Source: Ginsengibacter sp.
GTDB lineage: Bacteria; Bacteroidota; Bacteroidia; Chitinophagales; Chitinophagaceae
NCBI GenBank assembly: GCA_039935935.1
Contig: JBDTJI010000171.1
Coordinates: forward strand, 1 to 56,482
Direction of reading: 5' to 3'
DNA: 56,482 nucleotides
Part shown: one piece after another, positions 18,181 through 28,566 of the stretch
Layout: every line of letters starts with the position of its first letter
Numbering within the stretch: the first letter of the stretch is position 1
Translations under genes and position numbers: made by a program
Notes under the pieces: generated by a model
What the model was told of the DNA's origin: nothing
Database searches by the model: none
The model's input: only the letters and a program-made list of their open reading frames with translations

Positions 18181-18795
18181 TTAGGTAAGATTGAGTTCTG
18201 TACTGTTCATTAAGCTGCCTCCTTTCGCTACAAACTCTTCCATTACATTTTTAAAATTTTGTTCATCAATAGGCTTGGTAGCATTGCTCACAATGGCTGA
18301 CCTAAAACTGAGGTCCAATCCATCCAACGCAGTAAAGTTTACGCAATAATCTCCAGCTAAACCGGTTACATAAATTTGGGTTATACCTCTTCCTTTCAGG
18401 TATGCCCCCATACCGGTTGCCTTCTTTTTGCCATTATCAAAAAAGCCACTATAGCTATCAATATTTTCATCCATACCCTTTCTAAAAATAGCTTCTATTC
18501 TTTTTGTGTCGAGCAAAGAAGAAAATTCAGCTCCGCTGGTTTCCTGAACACAGTGGTCGGGCCACAGGACCTGAGGTAAGCCGTCAAGCATTATTTCTCC
18601 GAATATTTTTTTACCTGGATGGGCCGAAGCAAAACTCTTATGCTTTGCAGGGTGCCAGTCCTGTGTGGCTACAACAAGGTCAAAAGCTTCCTGCAATTTA
18701 TTAATAATAGGAATTACCCGATCCCCTCCTTCAACCTGTAAAGCACCCCCCGGCAGAAAATCGTTTTGAACATCTACGATGATTAAAGCGTTCAT
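18181..18795 (-). CDS. pncA: Nicotinamidase/pyrazinamidase
   Basis: VDVQNDFLPGGAL, TQDWHP, WPDHC, DSYSGF, GLAGDYCV. Confidence 0.93.
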   Translation of the reverse strand: MNALIIVDVQNDFLPGGALQVEGGDRVIPIINKLQEAFDLVVATQDWHPAKHKSFASAHPGKKIFGEIMLDGLPQVLWPDHCVQETSGAEFSSLLDTKRIEAIFRKGMDENIDSYSGFFDNGKKKATGMGAYLKGRGITQIYVTGLAGDYCVNFTALDGLDLSFRSAIVSNATKPIDEQNFKNVMEEFVAKGGSLMNSTELNLT

Positions 18796-18938
18796 ACTTT
18801 ACTTTTTAGAAATTCAATCGAAGTTACATATTGTTTATTGTTTACGTAACAGCCGTGATAGTAAAAAGGTTTGAACTAGGAAGCAACTAAACAATTAAAA
18901 TAATGAGGGTCACCTTTCATATCATGAGGCAAACTCCT

Positions 18939-18946
18939 TATCTTTG
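18939..18946 (+). promoter_or_regulatory. -7 promoter element (TATCTTTG) of atpBEFH
   Basis: TAnnTTTG consensus 20 nt upstream of ATG 18966. Confidence 0.65.
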
Positions 18947-18965
18947 CGCAAAATTTAGAAGAAGT

Positions 18966-20060
18966 ATGGGTTCTAAAAGGATGAAATCTATATTGGTAGC
19001 GGTTTTCGGCCTCATAATGCTGTCTCTTTCTTCCGCTGTGTTTTCTCAGGAAAAACCTGTTGAGCATAAAGAATCTACTGAAAAATTTGATCCCACCACA
19101 GTAATTTTAAATCATGTGCAGGATGCATACGAATTTCATTTTTTTACGATAGGCGATTTTCACGCGGTAATCTATTTACCTGTAATTTTATATTCTCCTC
19201 AAAAAGGTTTCTCCGTTTTTTCTTCGTCACGTTTTGGGCACGAAGGCACTGAAGTATATGATGGGTATAAGTTGGTCAATGGAAAAAGTATTGCTGCTCT
19301 TGATGAAGGGGTAAAAGTGTACGATTTTTCTCTCACGCGCAATGTTGTTCAAACTTTCCTGGCGTTGATACTCTTCATCATATTTATGCTAAACATCGCC
19401 AAAAGATATAAGAAAGGAGAAGGAGTTACCTCCGCGCCTTCAGGTGCTCAAGGCTTTATGGAGCCGATCATTATTTTTATCCGCGAGAATGTAGCAAAAG
19501 TAAATCTTGGTAACCGTTGGGAAAGGTACATGCCTTATTTACTTACCTTATTCTTCTTTATTTTAGTAAACACTCTTTTTGGATTAATACCCGGTGCTGC
19601 AAATGTAACAGGTAATATTGCCTTCACTTTTATACTGGGTATTATTGCTTTGATCATTATTCTCAGTAGTACGACCGGTCATTTTTGGAAGCACCTTTTC
19701 TGGCCACCTGGCGTTCCTTTTTTAGTAAAAATAATTCTGATTCCTGTTGAACTTTTCGGTGTCTTCGTAATCAAACCCGGAGCATTGATCATTCGTCTTT
19801 TTGCAAATATGATTTCGGGTCATATTGTAATTCTTGCTTTCATATCGCTTATATTTATTTTTGGTGAGATGAACAAAGGTATAGGATGGACTTTTTCACC
19901 ATTTTCAGTATTGTTTATTGTATTCGATTATTTCATTGAATTATTAGTTGCATTTATCCAGGCATTTATATTTACGGTACTAACAGCTATATTTATTGGG
20001 CAGGGCTTTGAAGGCAGCGATCATGATGTACATCCGGGCACTCACGATGGACTTTTATAA
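18966..20060 (+). CDS. atpB: F0F1 ATP synthase subunit a
   Basis: IRLFANMISGH, ELLVAFIQAFIF; Bacteroidota-type N-terminal signal and periplasmic insert. Start placed downstream of the promoter box. Confidence 0.95.
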   Translation: MGSKRMKSILVAVFGLIMLSLSSAVFSQEKPVEHKESTEKFDPTTVILNHVQDAYEFHFFTIGDFHAVIYLPVILYSPQKGFSVFSSSRFGHEGTEVYDGYKLVNGKSIAALDEGVKVYDFSLTRNVVQTFLALILFIIFMLNIAKRYKKGEGVTSAPSGAQGFMEPIIIFIRENVAKVNLGNRWERYMPYLLTLFFFILVNTLFGLIPGAANVTGNIAFTFILGIIALIIILSSTTGHFWKHLFWPPGVPFLVKIILIPVELFGVFVIKPGALIIRLFANMISGHIVILAFISLIFIFGEMNKGIGWTFSPFSVLFIVFDYFIELLVAFIQAFIFTVLTAIFIGQGFEGSDHDVHPGTHDGLL

Positions 20061-20076
20061 ACTTTTTTATTCATAA

Positions 20077-20343
<267 letters not shown>

Positions 20344-20355
20344 GCACAAAAATCT

Positions 20356-20397
20356 TACTGCATTCAAAGCACAGGGCGGAGAGTGCAGTATTTTTTT
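20356..20397 (+). terminator. Stem-loop with U-tract between atpE and atpF
   Basis: TACTGCA...TGCAGTA followed by T7. Confidence 0.5.
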
Positions 20398-20461
20398 AAA
20401 CATCTGATTGAATAGTGAAAATATAACTAGTAATCATATTCAACATCTTAAATAAAAAAGC

Positions 20462-20956
20462 ATGGAACTTCTACTTCCTAAACTCGGTTTGATCTTCTGG
20501 ACGTTAATTGCATTTGGTATTACCTTGTGGATACTTGGTAAATATGCGTGGAAGCCGATCCTAAAATCCTTGGATGAGAGAGAAAAAAACATATCTGATT
20601 CGATACTGTCTGCTGACAACGTTAGAAAAGAGATGGCAGCTTTGAAAAACGAAAATGAAGCCTTACTTTTTAAGGCACGTGAAGAAAGATCTTATATGAT
20701 GAGAGAAGCAAAGGAAATACGCGATAAAATTATACAGGAAGCAAGGGAGCAGGCTCGTAATGAAACCAATAAGATAGTTGCTGATGCACAAAGTGTGATC
20801 AATCAACAAAAAATGGCTGCTATCACTGATTTAAAAAATCAGGTGGGTAATCTTGTTCTTGAAGTAAGTGAGAAGGTACTTCGAAGAGAATTAAACAACA
20901 AAGAAGACCAGGAAAAATACATTCAGCAGCTAACTCATAATGTAGAGCTCAACTAA
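20462..20956 (+). CDS. atpF: F0F1 ATP synthase subunit b
   Basis: GLIFW..AWKPIL..LDERE, N-terminal TM followed by a coiled coil. Confidence 0.95.
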   Translation: MELLLPKLGLIFWTLIAFGITLWILGKYAWKPILKSLDEREKNISDSILSADNVRKEMAALKNENEALLFKAREERSYMMREAKEIRDKIIQEAREQARNETNKIVADAQSVINQQKMAAITDLKNQVGNLVLEVSEKVLRRELNNKEDQEKYIQQLTHNVELN

Positions 20957-20967
20957 TTCTGAAAGTT

Positions 20968-21531
20968 ATGAATAATCCGCGTTTAGCACAGAGGTATGCA
21001 AAAAGCCTTATAGACATCTCCGTAGAGAATCAGCAACTTGACCTGGTTCGTGATGACGTTTTATTTCTTCAGTCAATAATAAAAAAGAGCCGCGAATTTG
21101 TCTTAATGCTAAATAGCCCCATTATCAATCCAGATAAAAAATATAAAGTTATAAACGCCATAACTAATGGGCGAATTTCAAAAATATCCGAAACATTTGT
21201 AAGATTGCTCTGCAATAAAAACAGAGAAGCCAATTTGCCAGGAATAGTAGCTTCATTTATTGAGCAGTATAATGCGGTTAAGGGATTGCATAATGCTACA
21301 CTTACAACAGCTACACCTGTAAGCCAGGCTTTGATTGATACTTTCATTTTAAAGATTAAGGCATCAACATCTTATGATAATGTCCGATTAGAAACTATTG
21401 TAGATGATACAATCATCGGCGGTTTTATTTTGGAAATGGAAGGTAAACTAATTGACAGTAGTATTTTACGAAATCTTAATGATGTAAAAAAGCAATTTGC
21501 CAACAATGATTATATGCATAAGTTAAGATGA
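20968..21531 (+). CDS. atpH: F0F1 ATP synthase subunit delta
   Basis: RLAQRYAKSL, IIGGFIL...IDSS. Confidence 0.95.
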   Translation: MNNPRLAQRYAKSLIDISVENQQLDLVRDDVLFLQSIIKKSREFVLMLNSPIINPDKKYKVINAITNGRISKISETFVRLLCNKNREANLPGIVASFIEQYNAVKGLHNATLTTATPVSQALIDTFILKIKASTSYDNVRLETIVDDTIIGGFILEMEGKLIDSSILRNLNDVKKQFANNDYMHKLR

Positions 21532-21560
21532 TGCGCATGAATTAAAATTTGTTCAAAGAT

Positions 21561-21584
21561 GCCCGGTTGACTCCCGGGTTTTTT
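21561..21584 (+). terminator. Rho-independent terminator after atpH
   Basis: GCCCGG-ttgactc-CCGGGT followed by a T run. Confidence 0.75.
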
Positions 21585-21636
21585 ATTTATAGACAACATG
21601 CTGGGGTTCATCTTTAAACTAAATGAATATAGTCGT

Positions 21637-21666
21637 AAAAATGGCCAGTGATAAAAATCACCGGCC
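21637..21666 (-). terminator. Minus-strand intrinsic terminator
   Basis: GGCCGGTGAT-tttt-ATCACTGGCC then ATTTTT on the minus strand. Confidence 0.6.
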
Positions 21667-21878
21667 TTGCTTACCTCTGAAACCACAAGAAAAATTTTAC
21701 GATTTCTGCGAAAAGTATAAAAGAGGTCAAAAAAACTATTTATAAAACTATATAAAACAAAAATTAAGACTATCCGGTACTATATATTGGAAGTAGAGGT
21801 CTTTTAAGTAGGAAAAGGAAGCAAGAATGGGATGCTAAATTAATCATTATTTGTTGAACAAAACAACTTTTAGAAGTC

Positions 21879-22766
21879 TTAATTGGTGTATTTTTTTAAT
21901 TCCTTCTCAGCATATTCGTCTATCCTCCTGATTTTATAATCATACCACCATTTTGGAGCTGTTTTTTTAAGAAGAGTGTCTATCCCTCTCATGCCAAAAA
22001 GATTCCATGCCCCTTTTATCTTACCCGAGAAAGAGCTTTGAAGTGCTCTTAGGCTCATAGCAAAACCACTGTCTATATATTCCATGTGATGCCAATATCC
22101 TGCTGGCATAAAAAGAGTATCGCCGGGATTTAAAATTAAATCATATCCAACAGCATGTTTCAGTGCAGGAAATTTTTTATAATCCGGAAGACCTTTATTT
22201 TCAGCGTAATTTGAAAAATCAGCAAGGCTGAGCACTTCAAAGGGCTTCCTGTATAATTTATACTGTTCCTCATGCCGGAATAGTAAAACTCTCTTACGGC
22301 CAAAGAACTGGGTATGAAGTATATGTGAAAGATCCATGTCAAAGTGCATGTGCGTGATGGAGGATTGGCCACCGGTGAAGAGCATCGGATAATTCTTCAC
22401 AAATCCGGTCATCAAATGTTCAGGCCAGTTAAAATCATTAATAAGTTGCGGTGCATGATCAAAAATATTAAAAAGAAAAATACGCCATGCAGCGGGACCA
22501 TCTTGGATCATATTTACATATTCCCCGAAGGTTTTGTAATCATCAGCAGTATTAATTGGCGTATAGGCATCGCTCTTCACATTATTGTAAAGCCCGACTT
22601 TTTTATCACCTACTATTTCTTTGAAATAATCCCATGACCATTTTTTGTAGGCGGGCCATTCCTTTGCCAATCCTGTGATTACTAAGGGTTTTAGTTTGCG
22701 GTAGTAATTAGCTTTAAAATCGTCAGGTTGAATATTTTCTACTGTATCTATTGAATATAATTGCAT
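21879..22766 (-). CDS. JmjC/cupin-8 domain 2-oxoglutarate/Fe(II) oxygenase
   Basis: KPLVI...WPA..KWS, THMHFD (HxD), LNPGDTLFMPAGYWHH. Start placed at MQLYS, downstream of a TAATTTTG box. Confidence 0.85.
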   Translation of the reverse strand: MQLYSIDTVENIQPDDFKANYYRKLKPLVITGLAKEWPAYKKWSWDYFKEIVGDKKVGLYNNVKSDAYTPINTADDYKTFGEYVNMIQDGPAAWRIFLFNIFDHAPQLINDFNWPEHLMTGFVKNYPMLFTGGQSSITHMHFDMDLSHILHTQFFGRKRVLLFRHEEQYKLYRKPFEVLSLADFSNYAENKGLPDYKKFPALKHAVGYDLILNPGDTLFMPAGYWHHMEYIDSGFAMSLRALQSSFSGKIKGAWNLFGMRGIDTLLKKTAPKWWYDYKIRRIDEYAEKELKKYTN

Positions 22767-22937
22767 GGTAAAGTTTTGCAACGCAAAATTAAGTATTCTA
22801 TTTTTCGTCAATGAACTTCTTAACGAAAGTAATGAGTTAATGAACTGCTAATCGTCACCTAAAAGATAATATTCCGCTAACCGTAATACTCAAAACACAT
22901 TGTTAGCTTACCTTTACCGTCATTTAATTTAAATCAT

Positions 22938-24011
22938 TTGGCTTTACATTTTCATCCACTTGTTGTAAAAGATATCAGAAAAGAAACATCAGATTGTGTT
23001 TCTATCGCTTTTGATATCCCTGTGATATCCCAGACTGATTTTCTATTTAAGCAGGGACAGAATGTAACCATTAAAATGATGGCAGATGAAAATGAGTTCA
23101 GAAGGTCCTATTCCATTTGCAGTAGTCCCCTTGAAAATGAATTAAGAATAGCCGTAAAAAAAGTTTGCAATGGATTGTTTTCAACGTTCGCTAATGAAAA
23201 ATTAAAAAAGGGCGATGTGCTCGAAGTAATGCCACCGACCGGAACTTTCTTTACCAATGTAAATCCATCACATCGAAAAGATTATGTTTTTTTAGCTGCG
23301 GGTAGCGGAATCACTCCTACTATTTCCATTATTAAAACCATTCTTTTCACAGAACCGCATAGCGCGGTTACGCTTGCGTATGGAAATAAAACCTTTCAAT
23401 CCACTATCTTCAGAAATGAAATAGATGCTCTTAAAGATAAATATCCCAAAAGGTTTAAGCCTTATCATATCTTAAGCAGAGAAAAGATGGGCAGTGATTT
23501 TAATTATGGAAGAATAGATATTTCCAAATGCCATCAACTTTCCAAGTTGGTCAACTTTAATATAATTGATGAATTCTTCATCTGTGGTCCGGAGCAAATG
23601 ATCTTCACTATTAAAGATTTTCTCACAGGCTGGGGAATTGATTCCAAAAATATTCATTTCGAATTATTTAATACGCCCACGCGTGAGAATAGTAAACTGG
23701 TTACCGATACCAGGCATTTGGATGAATGGGAAAGTGAGGTGACTGTGATAATTGATGGACAAAACTACGAGTTCAAATTAGACTACGATGGCAAAGTGAT
23801 TCTGGATGCAGGATTATCTGAAGGTGCCGATCTGCCCTTCGCTTGCAAAGGAGGCGTATGTTGCACCTGTAAGGCAAAATTAATAGAAGGCGAAGTGGAA
23901 ATGGAAGCAAACTACGGCCTTGAAAAAAGTGAGGTTAAAGCTGGGTTTATTTTAACCTGCCAGGCTCATCCAAGAAGTAAAAAGGTAATTGTCGACTACG
24001 ACCAAGCCTAA
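22938..24011 (+). CDS. paaE: Phenylacetyl-CoA epoxidase reductase subunit-like (FAD/NAD + 2Fe-2S) oxidoreductase
   Basis: RRSYSICS, AAGSGITP, FICGP, C-terminal ACKGGVCCTC...LTCQ; TTG start. Confidence 0.8.
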   Translation: MALHFHPLVVKDIRKETSDCVSIAFDIPVISQTDFLFKQGQNVTIKMMADENEFRRSYSICSSPLENELRIAVKKVCNGLFSTFANEKLKKGDVLEVMPPTGTFFTNVNPSHRKDYVFLAAGSGITPTISIIKTILFTEPHSAVTLAYGNKTFQSTIFRNEIDALKDKYPKRFKPYHILSREKMGSDFNYGRIDISKCHQLSKLVNFNIIDEFFICGPEQMIFTIKDFLTGWGIDSKNIHFELFNTPTRENSKLVTDTRHLDEWESEVTVIIDGQNYEFKLDYDGKVILDAGLSEGADLPFACKGGVCCTCKAKLIEGEVEMEANYGLEKSEVKAGFILTCQAHPRSKKVIVDYDQA

Positions 24012-24111
24012 TACTGGTCTGTTTTACATTTACTTAGTTATGTATAAAATATACAGAATGTACACTATTCTTAAAAACATTAATTCGACTGTATCTGCTT
24101 ACCTTATCTAA

Positions 24112-25476
24112 CTATTGTTGCGCAGTTGACCTGTCAACCCATTCACTCACTTCCGGGCAAGTTTGGTATTCTTTAGAAATATTTACATAGAATGTGGGAA
24201 TTTTTTTATTGAACCAGCTTTCTAAAACATCATTTTTCTTTTCTTCCAAAGCACGCTGCGCCACTTTATCATAGTCATCTTTTAGATTTTCTCTGTGAGG
24301 TTCGGTTTTGGTAATTATTTCCACAATCCTTACCGCTTTTTTCTGGTTGGAAGGATCATAAAACTCAGTAGGTTTTGAATATTCGCCCACCTTTAAATCT
24401 TTAAGCATTAAGACAAGATCTTTATCCAACTGATCTATAGCAACAAAAGTGCTTCCGTCTGGCCCGGAAATACGGCCACCGGTAAATTTGCTGTTATCAT
24501 CTTCACTATACCTTGACACTGCCTCACCAAATTGTACCTTTCCATTAACCAACTGAGTTCTTATAGAATCCAGCTTTTCTATTGCCTGGTTTATCTCTAT
24601 AGAACTTACCTGGGGTACTTTTAAAATATGCCTGATGGTTGCGTCATCACCCCGACGGCTCACCATCTGAATAATATGGTATCCGAACCGTGTTTTAAAA
24701 ACATTGGAGATTTGTCCATCTTTCAGGCTGAAAGCCTTGGATAAAAAAATAGGATCCCATTGCTTCTCATTACGGTTTATTTCGTATAGTCCGCCAGTGG
24801 CTTTACTTCCCGGGTCGTCAGTAAATAGGGAGGCAAGCACTTCGAATTTTTTACTCCCGTCCTCCACTTCCTTTTTATATTCTTTAAGTTGCTCTATCGC
24901 ATAGTTTTCAAGATCACGACTTGGTGTTGGATATATAACTATCTGACCAACTTCTAACTCTGATTCATAAAAGTGAAGACTATCTTTAGGTATTTTGGAG
25001 TAATATTCTTCCACTTCTTTGGGAGTTATTCTCACATCTGCGACAATCTTATTTCGTTCGCCTTTCGCAAGTAGTTGTTCGCGGATTACCGGCTTAAACT
25101 CTTCTTTGAGCTGAAAGACAGTTTTACCTGCTATCTGCTCTAAAATTTCCTTAGATCCATACTGGCTTAGAAAATAACGCACTTTATTATCAATTTCGCC
25201 ATTTACTTCTTCTTCTGACACAGGAATGGAATCCCGGTCTGCCTGTAATACAAGTGCTTTCATAGCCAGGGCTTGTTGGAGCAAAAGACAGGTAGCATTT
25301 GGGGGCGCAGCTATTCCCTGGCGTTGCATATCATGAATGCTATTTTCTATATCGCTTTTCAGGATTATTTTATCACCGACGGTTGCTATTATTTTATCGG
25401 CGATAATTTTTTTTGTTTGGGCAAATAAAGCAAAAGCAGTTACCAATAAACAAAGAGTAAACAAACTTTTTTTCAT
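24112..25476 (-). CDS. SurA-like periplasmic peptidyl-prolyl isomerase/chaperone
   Basis: Signal peptide, DKIIATVG..IILKSD, two parvulin domains (DDPGS..GG, FGYHII, YSEDD). Confidence 0.88.
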   Translation of the reverse strand: MKKSLFTLCLLVTAFALFAQTKKIIADKIIATVGDKIILKSDIENSIHDMQRQGIAAPPNATCLLLQQALAMKALVLQADRDSIPVSEEEVNGEIDNKVRYFLSQYGSKEILEQIAGKTVFQLKEEFKPVIREQLLAKGERNKIVADVRITPKEVEEYYSKIPKDSLHFYESELEVGQIVIYPTPSRDLENYAIEQLKEYKKEVEDGSKKFEVLASLFTDDPGSKATGGLYEINRNEKQWDPIFLSKAFSLKDGQISNVFKTRFGYHIIQMVSRRGDDATIRHILKVPQVSSIEINQAIEKLDSIRTQLVNGKVQFGEAVSRYSEDDNSKFTGGRISGPDGSTFVAIDQLDKDLVLMLKDLKVGEYSKPTEFYDPSNQKKAVRIVEIITKTEPHRENLKDDYDKVAQRALEEKKNDVLESWFNKKIPTFYVNISKEYQTCPEVSEWVDRSTAQQ

Positions 25477-25623
25477 CGGTTTTAATTATATTGATTTGCA
25501 GGAATATTCCATAACAATTTTAAAATATTGCCTGCCAAAAGTACACCTGTATATCGTGAGTTTTTTTTTGGGAAAGTTAAAAGTTGAAGCTCTTTTGTTA
25601 AAGAAGATGATGACTATTAATTT

Positions 25624-28476
25624 TTACAACGTTCTTTTTATTTCTATTTCCTCAAATGCTTCAATCATATCACCGGTTTTGAGATCGTTATAATTTTTGA
25701 GCACCATGCCGCACTCCATATTGTTAATCACTTCTTTCACATCGTCTTTAAATCTTTTTAAACTTCCTAATTCACCAGTATGAATGATAATGCCATCTCT
25801 TACTAAACGAACACGGTTATTTCTTGCGATTTTACCTTCTACCACCAGGCAACCCGCAACGGTAGCTTTATCAAATTTGTAGGTTTCTTTTATTTCAGCA
25901 ATACCCAAAACTTTCTCCTGTATTTTAGGTTCCAACATACCTTCCATAGCACTCTTTACTTCATCAATCGCATCGTAGATGATAGAATAGGTTTTGATCT
26001 CCACACCTTCATGATCTGCAATTCTTGAAGCTTGCAATGACGGTCGCACATTAAATCCGATAATAACGGCATCGGACGCTGTTGCAAGCATTACGTCTGT
26101 TTCCGTAATCTGGCCTACGCCCTGGTGAACTATGCTTACAGCTATTTCTTCTGTACTTAATTTTTGTAGAGAATCGCTTAATGCCTCTACCGAGCCATCC
26201 ACATCTGCTCTTATAAGTAGATTCAATTGTTTGAAATTTCCTAAAGCAAGCCTGCGTCCAATTTCATCAAGCGTTATATGTTTTTTAGCACGGATACCTT
26301 GTTCCCGCAATATTTGAGATCTCCGGTTCGCTGTATCCTTCGCTTCTGATTCGTCTTGATATACTTTGAAAGTCTCACCTGCCTGTGGCGCACCATTTAA
26401 TCCGAGTATTAAAACCGGTGTGGAAGGAGGCGCAGTAGTTACCCGTTGATTTCGTTCATTAAACATCGCTTTTAAACGTCCGTAATATTGACCTGAAACC
26501 AAAAGATCGCCTTGGTTTAAAGTCCCGTTCTGCACCAGGATAGTGGCCACATAACCACGTCCTTTATCCAGGGAAGCTTCTATGACTGTGCCATTTGCTG
26601 CTCTTTTAGGATTAGCCTTTAGTTCAAGCAAATCGGATTCTAACAGTACTTTATCTAGTAACTCATCTACATGTAGCCCCGTGCGGGCGCTTATCTCCTG
26701 ATCCTGATATTTTCCTCCCCAATCCTCAACCAAAATATTCATAGCAGACAACTGTTCCTTTATTTTTTCGGGGTTGGCCCCATCTTTATCAATTTTATTC
26801 AATGCAAAAACCATCGGTACATTAGCTGCCTGCGCATGGGAAATAGCTTCTTTGGTTTGAGGCATTACAGCGTCATCAGCAGCGACAACAATAACCGCAA
26901 TATCCGTAACCTTTGCTCCTCTTGCCCTCATCGCTGTAAATGCTTCGTGACCAGGAGTGTCAAGGAAGGTAATGGAGCGCCCGTCCCTGACCTGCACTTC
27001 GTAAGCTCCAATATGCTGTGTAATACCTCCCGCTTCTCCGGCTATTACATTCGCATGACGGATATAATCAAGCAATGAGGTTTTACCATGGTCTACATGG
27101 CCCATAATAGTAACTATAGGTGAACGCGCCACCATATCTTCCTCATTGTCTTCTTCGTCTTCTTCGTCACTTTCCTGTTGACCATCTATGTCTATAAATT
27201 CCACTTCATAATTAAACTCGCCAGCCACTAATTCTATCACATCAGCTTCTAATCGCTGATTTATAGACACCATAATACCAAGACTCATACATTTGCTAAT
27301 GACATCAGCAAAACTGACGTTCATTAAATTAGCAAATTCACTTACTGAAATAAATTCTGTTACCAATAATTTATTATTCGTTGCTTCTTCCCCAATATTT
27401 TCTGAGGCCTCTTCTCTTTTTTGTTTCCGATATTTTGCTTTGAGGCTTTTTCCCCGGCCACCGGATCCTGCAAGTTTTGCCTGGGTTTCTTTAATCTTAT
27501 CCTGAATTTCTTTTTGATCGATTTCTTTGTCTTCACGTTTCGTTATGGGCGCGTTACGGTTAAACCTACCACCTGGTGATCCGGCAGTTCTTACAGTACC
27601 GTGCGGACGTTGAATATTCCCATGAGGCGGATGACTTCCTGTTTGTTTCTTTTCTACTACAATACGTTTTCTTTTGCGTCTTTCATCAATGGGTTTTGGC
27701 CTTGCTTCATTGCTATGAACAGGTAATTCAATTTTACCCATTATTTTAGGTCCTTCCAATTTTGCTACTTTGATGTTAGTAATAGTGGCAGACATTTCTC
27801 TCTCTGGTTGTACAACCGGTCCCTCAGGGGCAGCTTTTGGTAAAACTATTTCTTCTGTAATAACAGGGGCAGCTTTTGCGATTACGCCTTTTACTTTTAC
27901 TTCTTTTTTCCTGGTGCCTTTTTTAGGCCTTACAGAAGAGTCAATGGTACTGAGATCTATTTTATCAACTATTTTTATGCCTTCTACTTCCGGCACCTCC
28001 AGTCTTAATGTTTTTGGAGATTCCGGCTCTTCTTTCGTCTTAAGCTCTTCATTGCCCTTAGGCTCTTCTTTGATTGGCTCTATAACAGGCTCAGCTTCTT
28101 TTACGATCGCTGGTTCCTTAATTACTTCCTCAGCAATGACTTCGGGTACTATTTCTTCCGCAACAGCAGGCTTTTCTTCTTTCTTAGGCTTAACGACTTC
28201 TTTTTTAGTAAAGGAAAGATCTTGTTCATCCTTTCTCTTTTTGCTATCTGCCGGAGCATTTTTTGGAAGATCAATTTGTTCAGCTTTTTGTTTGGCTACC
28301 TTATCCGGTTGAAACTCTACCTGGAGTACCCGGTACATATCTTCCGAAATCTTTGATGATGGTTTTAGATCATTTGTCTCAAAGCCTTTGGACACAAGAA
28401 AGTCTGTTAAGGTACCTGTACCTATGTTAAACTCTTTGGCCGCGGCCATCAGTCGTGGTGTATTTGTTTCTGCCAT
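25624..28476 (-). CDS. infB: Translation initiation factor IF-2
   Basis: [30 protein letters not shown]. Confidence 0.98.
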   Translation of the reverse strand: MAETNTPRLMAAAKEFNIGTGTLTDFLVSKGFETNDLKPSSKISEDMYRVLQVEFQPDKVAKQKAEQIDLPKNAPADSKKRKDEQDLSFTKKEVVKPKKEEKPAVAEEIVPEVIAEEVIKEPAIVKEAEPVIEPIKEEPKGNEELKTKEEPESPKTLRLEVPEVEGIKIVDKIDLSTIDSSVRPKKGTRKKEVKVKGVIAKAAPVITEEIVLPKAAPEGPVVQPEREMSATITNIKVAKLEGPKIMGKIELPVHSNEARPKPIDERRKRKRIVVEKKQTGSHPPHGNIQRPHGTVRTAGSPGGRFNRNAPITKREDKEIDQKEIQDKIKETQAKLAGSGGRGKSLKAKYRKQKREEASENIGEEATNNKLLVTEFISVSEFANLMNVSFADVISKCMSLGIMVSINQRLEADVIELVAGEFNYEVEFIDIDGQQESDEEDEEDNEEDMVARSPIVTIMGHVDHGKTSLLDYIRHANVIAGEAGGITQHIGAYEVQVRDGRSITFLDTPGHEAFTAMRARGAKVTDIAVIVVAADDAVMPQTKEAISHAQAANVPMVFALNKIDKDGANPEKIKEQLSAMNILVEDWGGKYQDQEISARTGLHVDELLDKVLLESDLLELKANPKRAANGTVIEASLDKGRGYVATILVQNGTLNQGDLLVSGQYYGRLKAMFNERNQRVTTAPPSTPVLILGLNGAPQAGETFKVYQDESEAKDTANRRSQILREQGIRAKKHITLDEIGRRLALGNFKQLNLLIRADVDGSVEALSDSLQKLSTEEIAVSIVHQGVGQITETDVMLATASDAVIIGFNVRPSLQASRIADHEGVEIKTYSIIYDAIDEVKSAMEGMLEPKIQEKVLGIAEIKETYKFDKATVAGCLVVEGKIARNNRVRLVRDGIIIHTGELGSLKRFKDDVKEVINNMECGMVLKNYNDLKTGDMIEAFEEIEIKRTL

Positions 28477-28566
28477 TAAATATTCTTTACCTTTTTTATA
28501 GAAGGTAATGTTTTTTATTTAAAATTATCTTAATCAAATCAATTTCTGGCAAATAAATAATACCTA

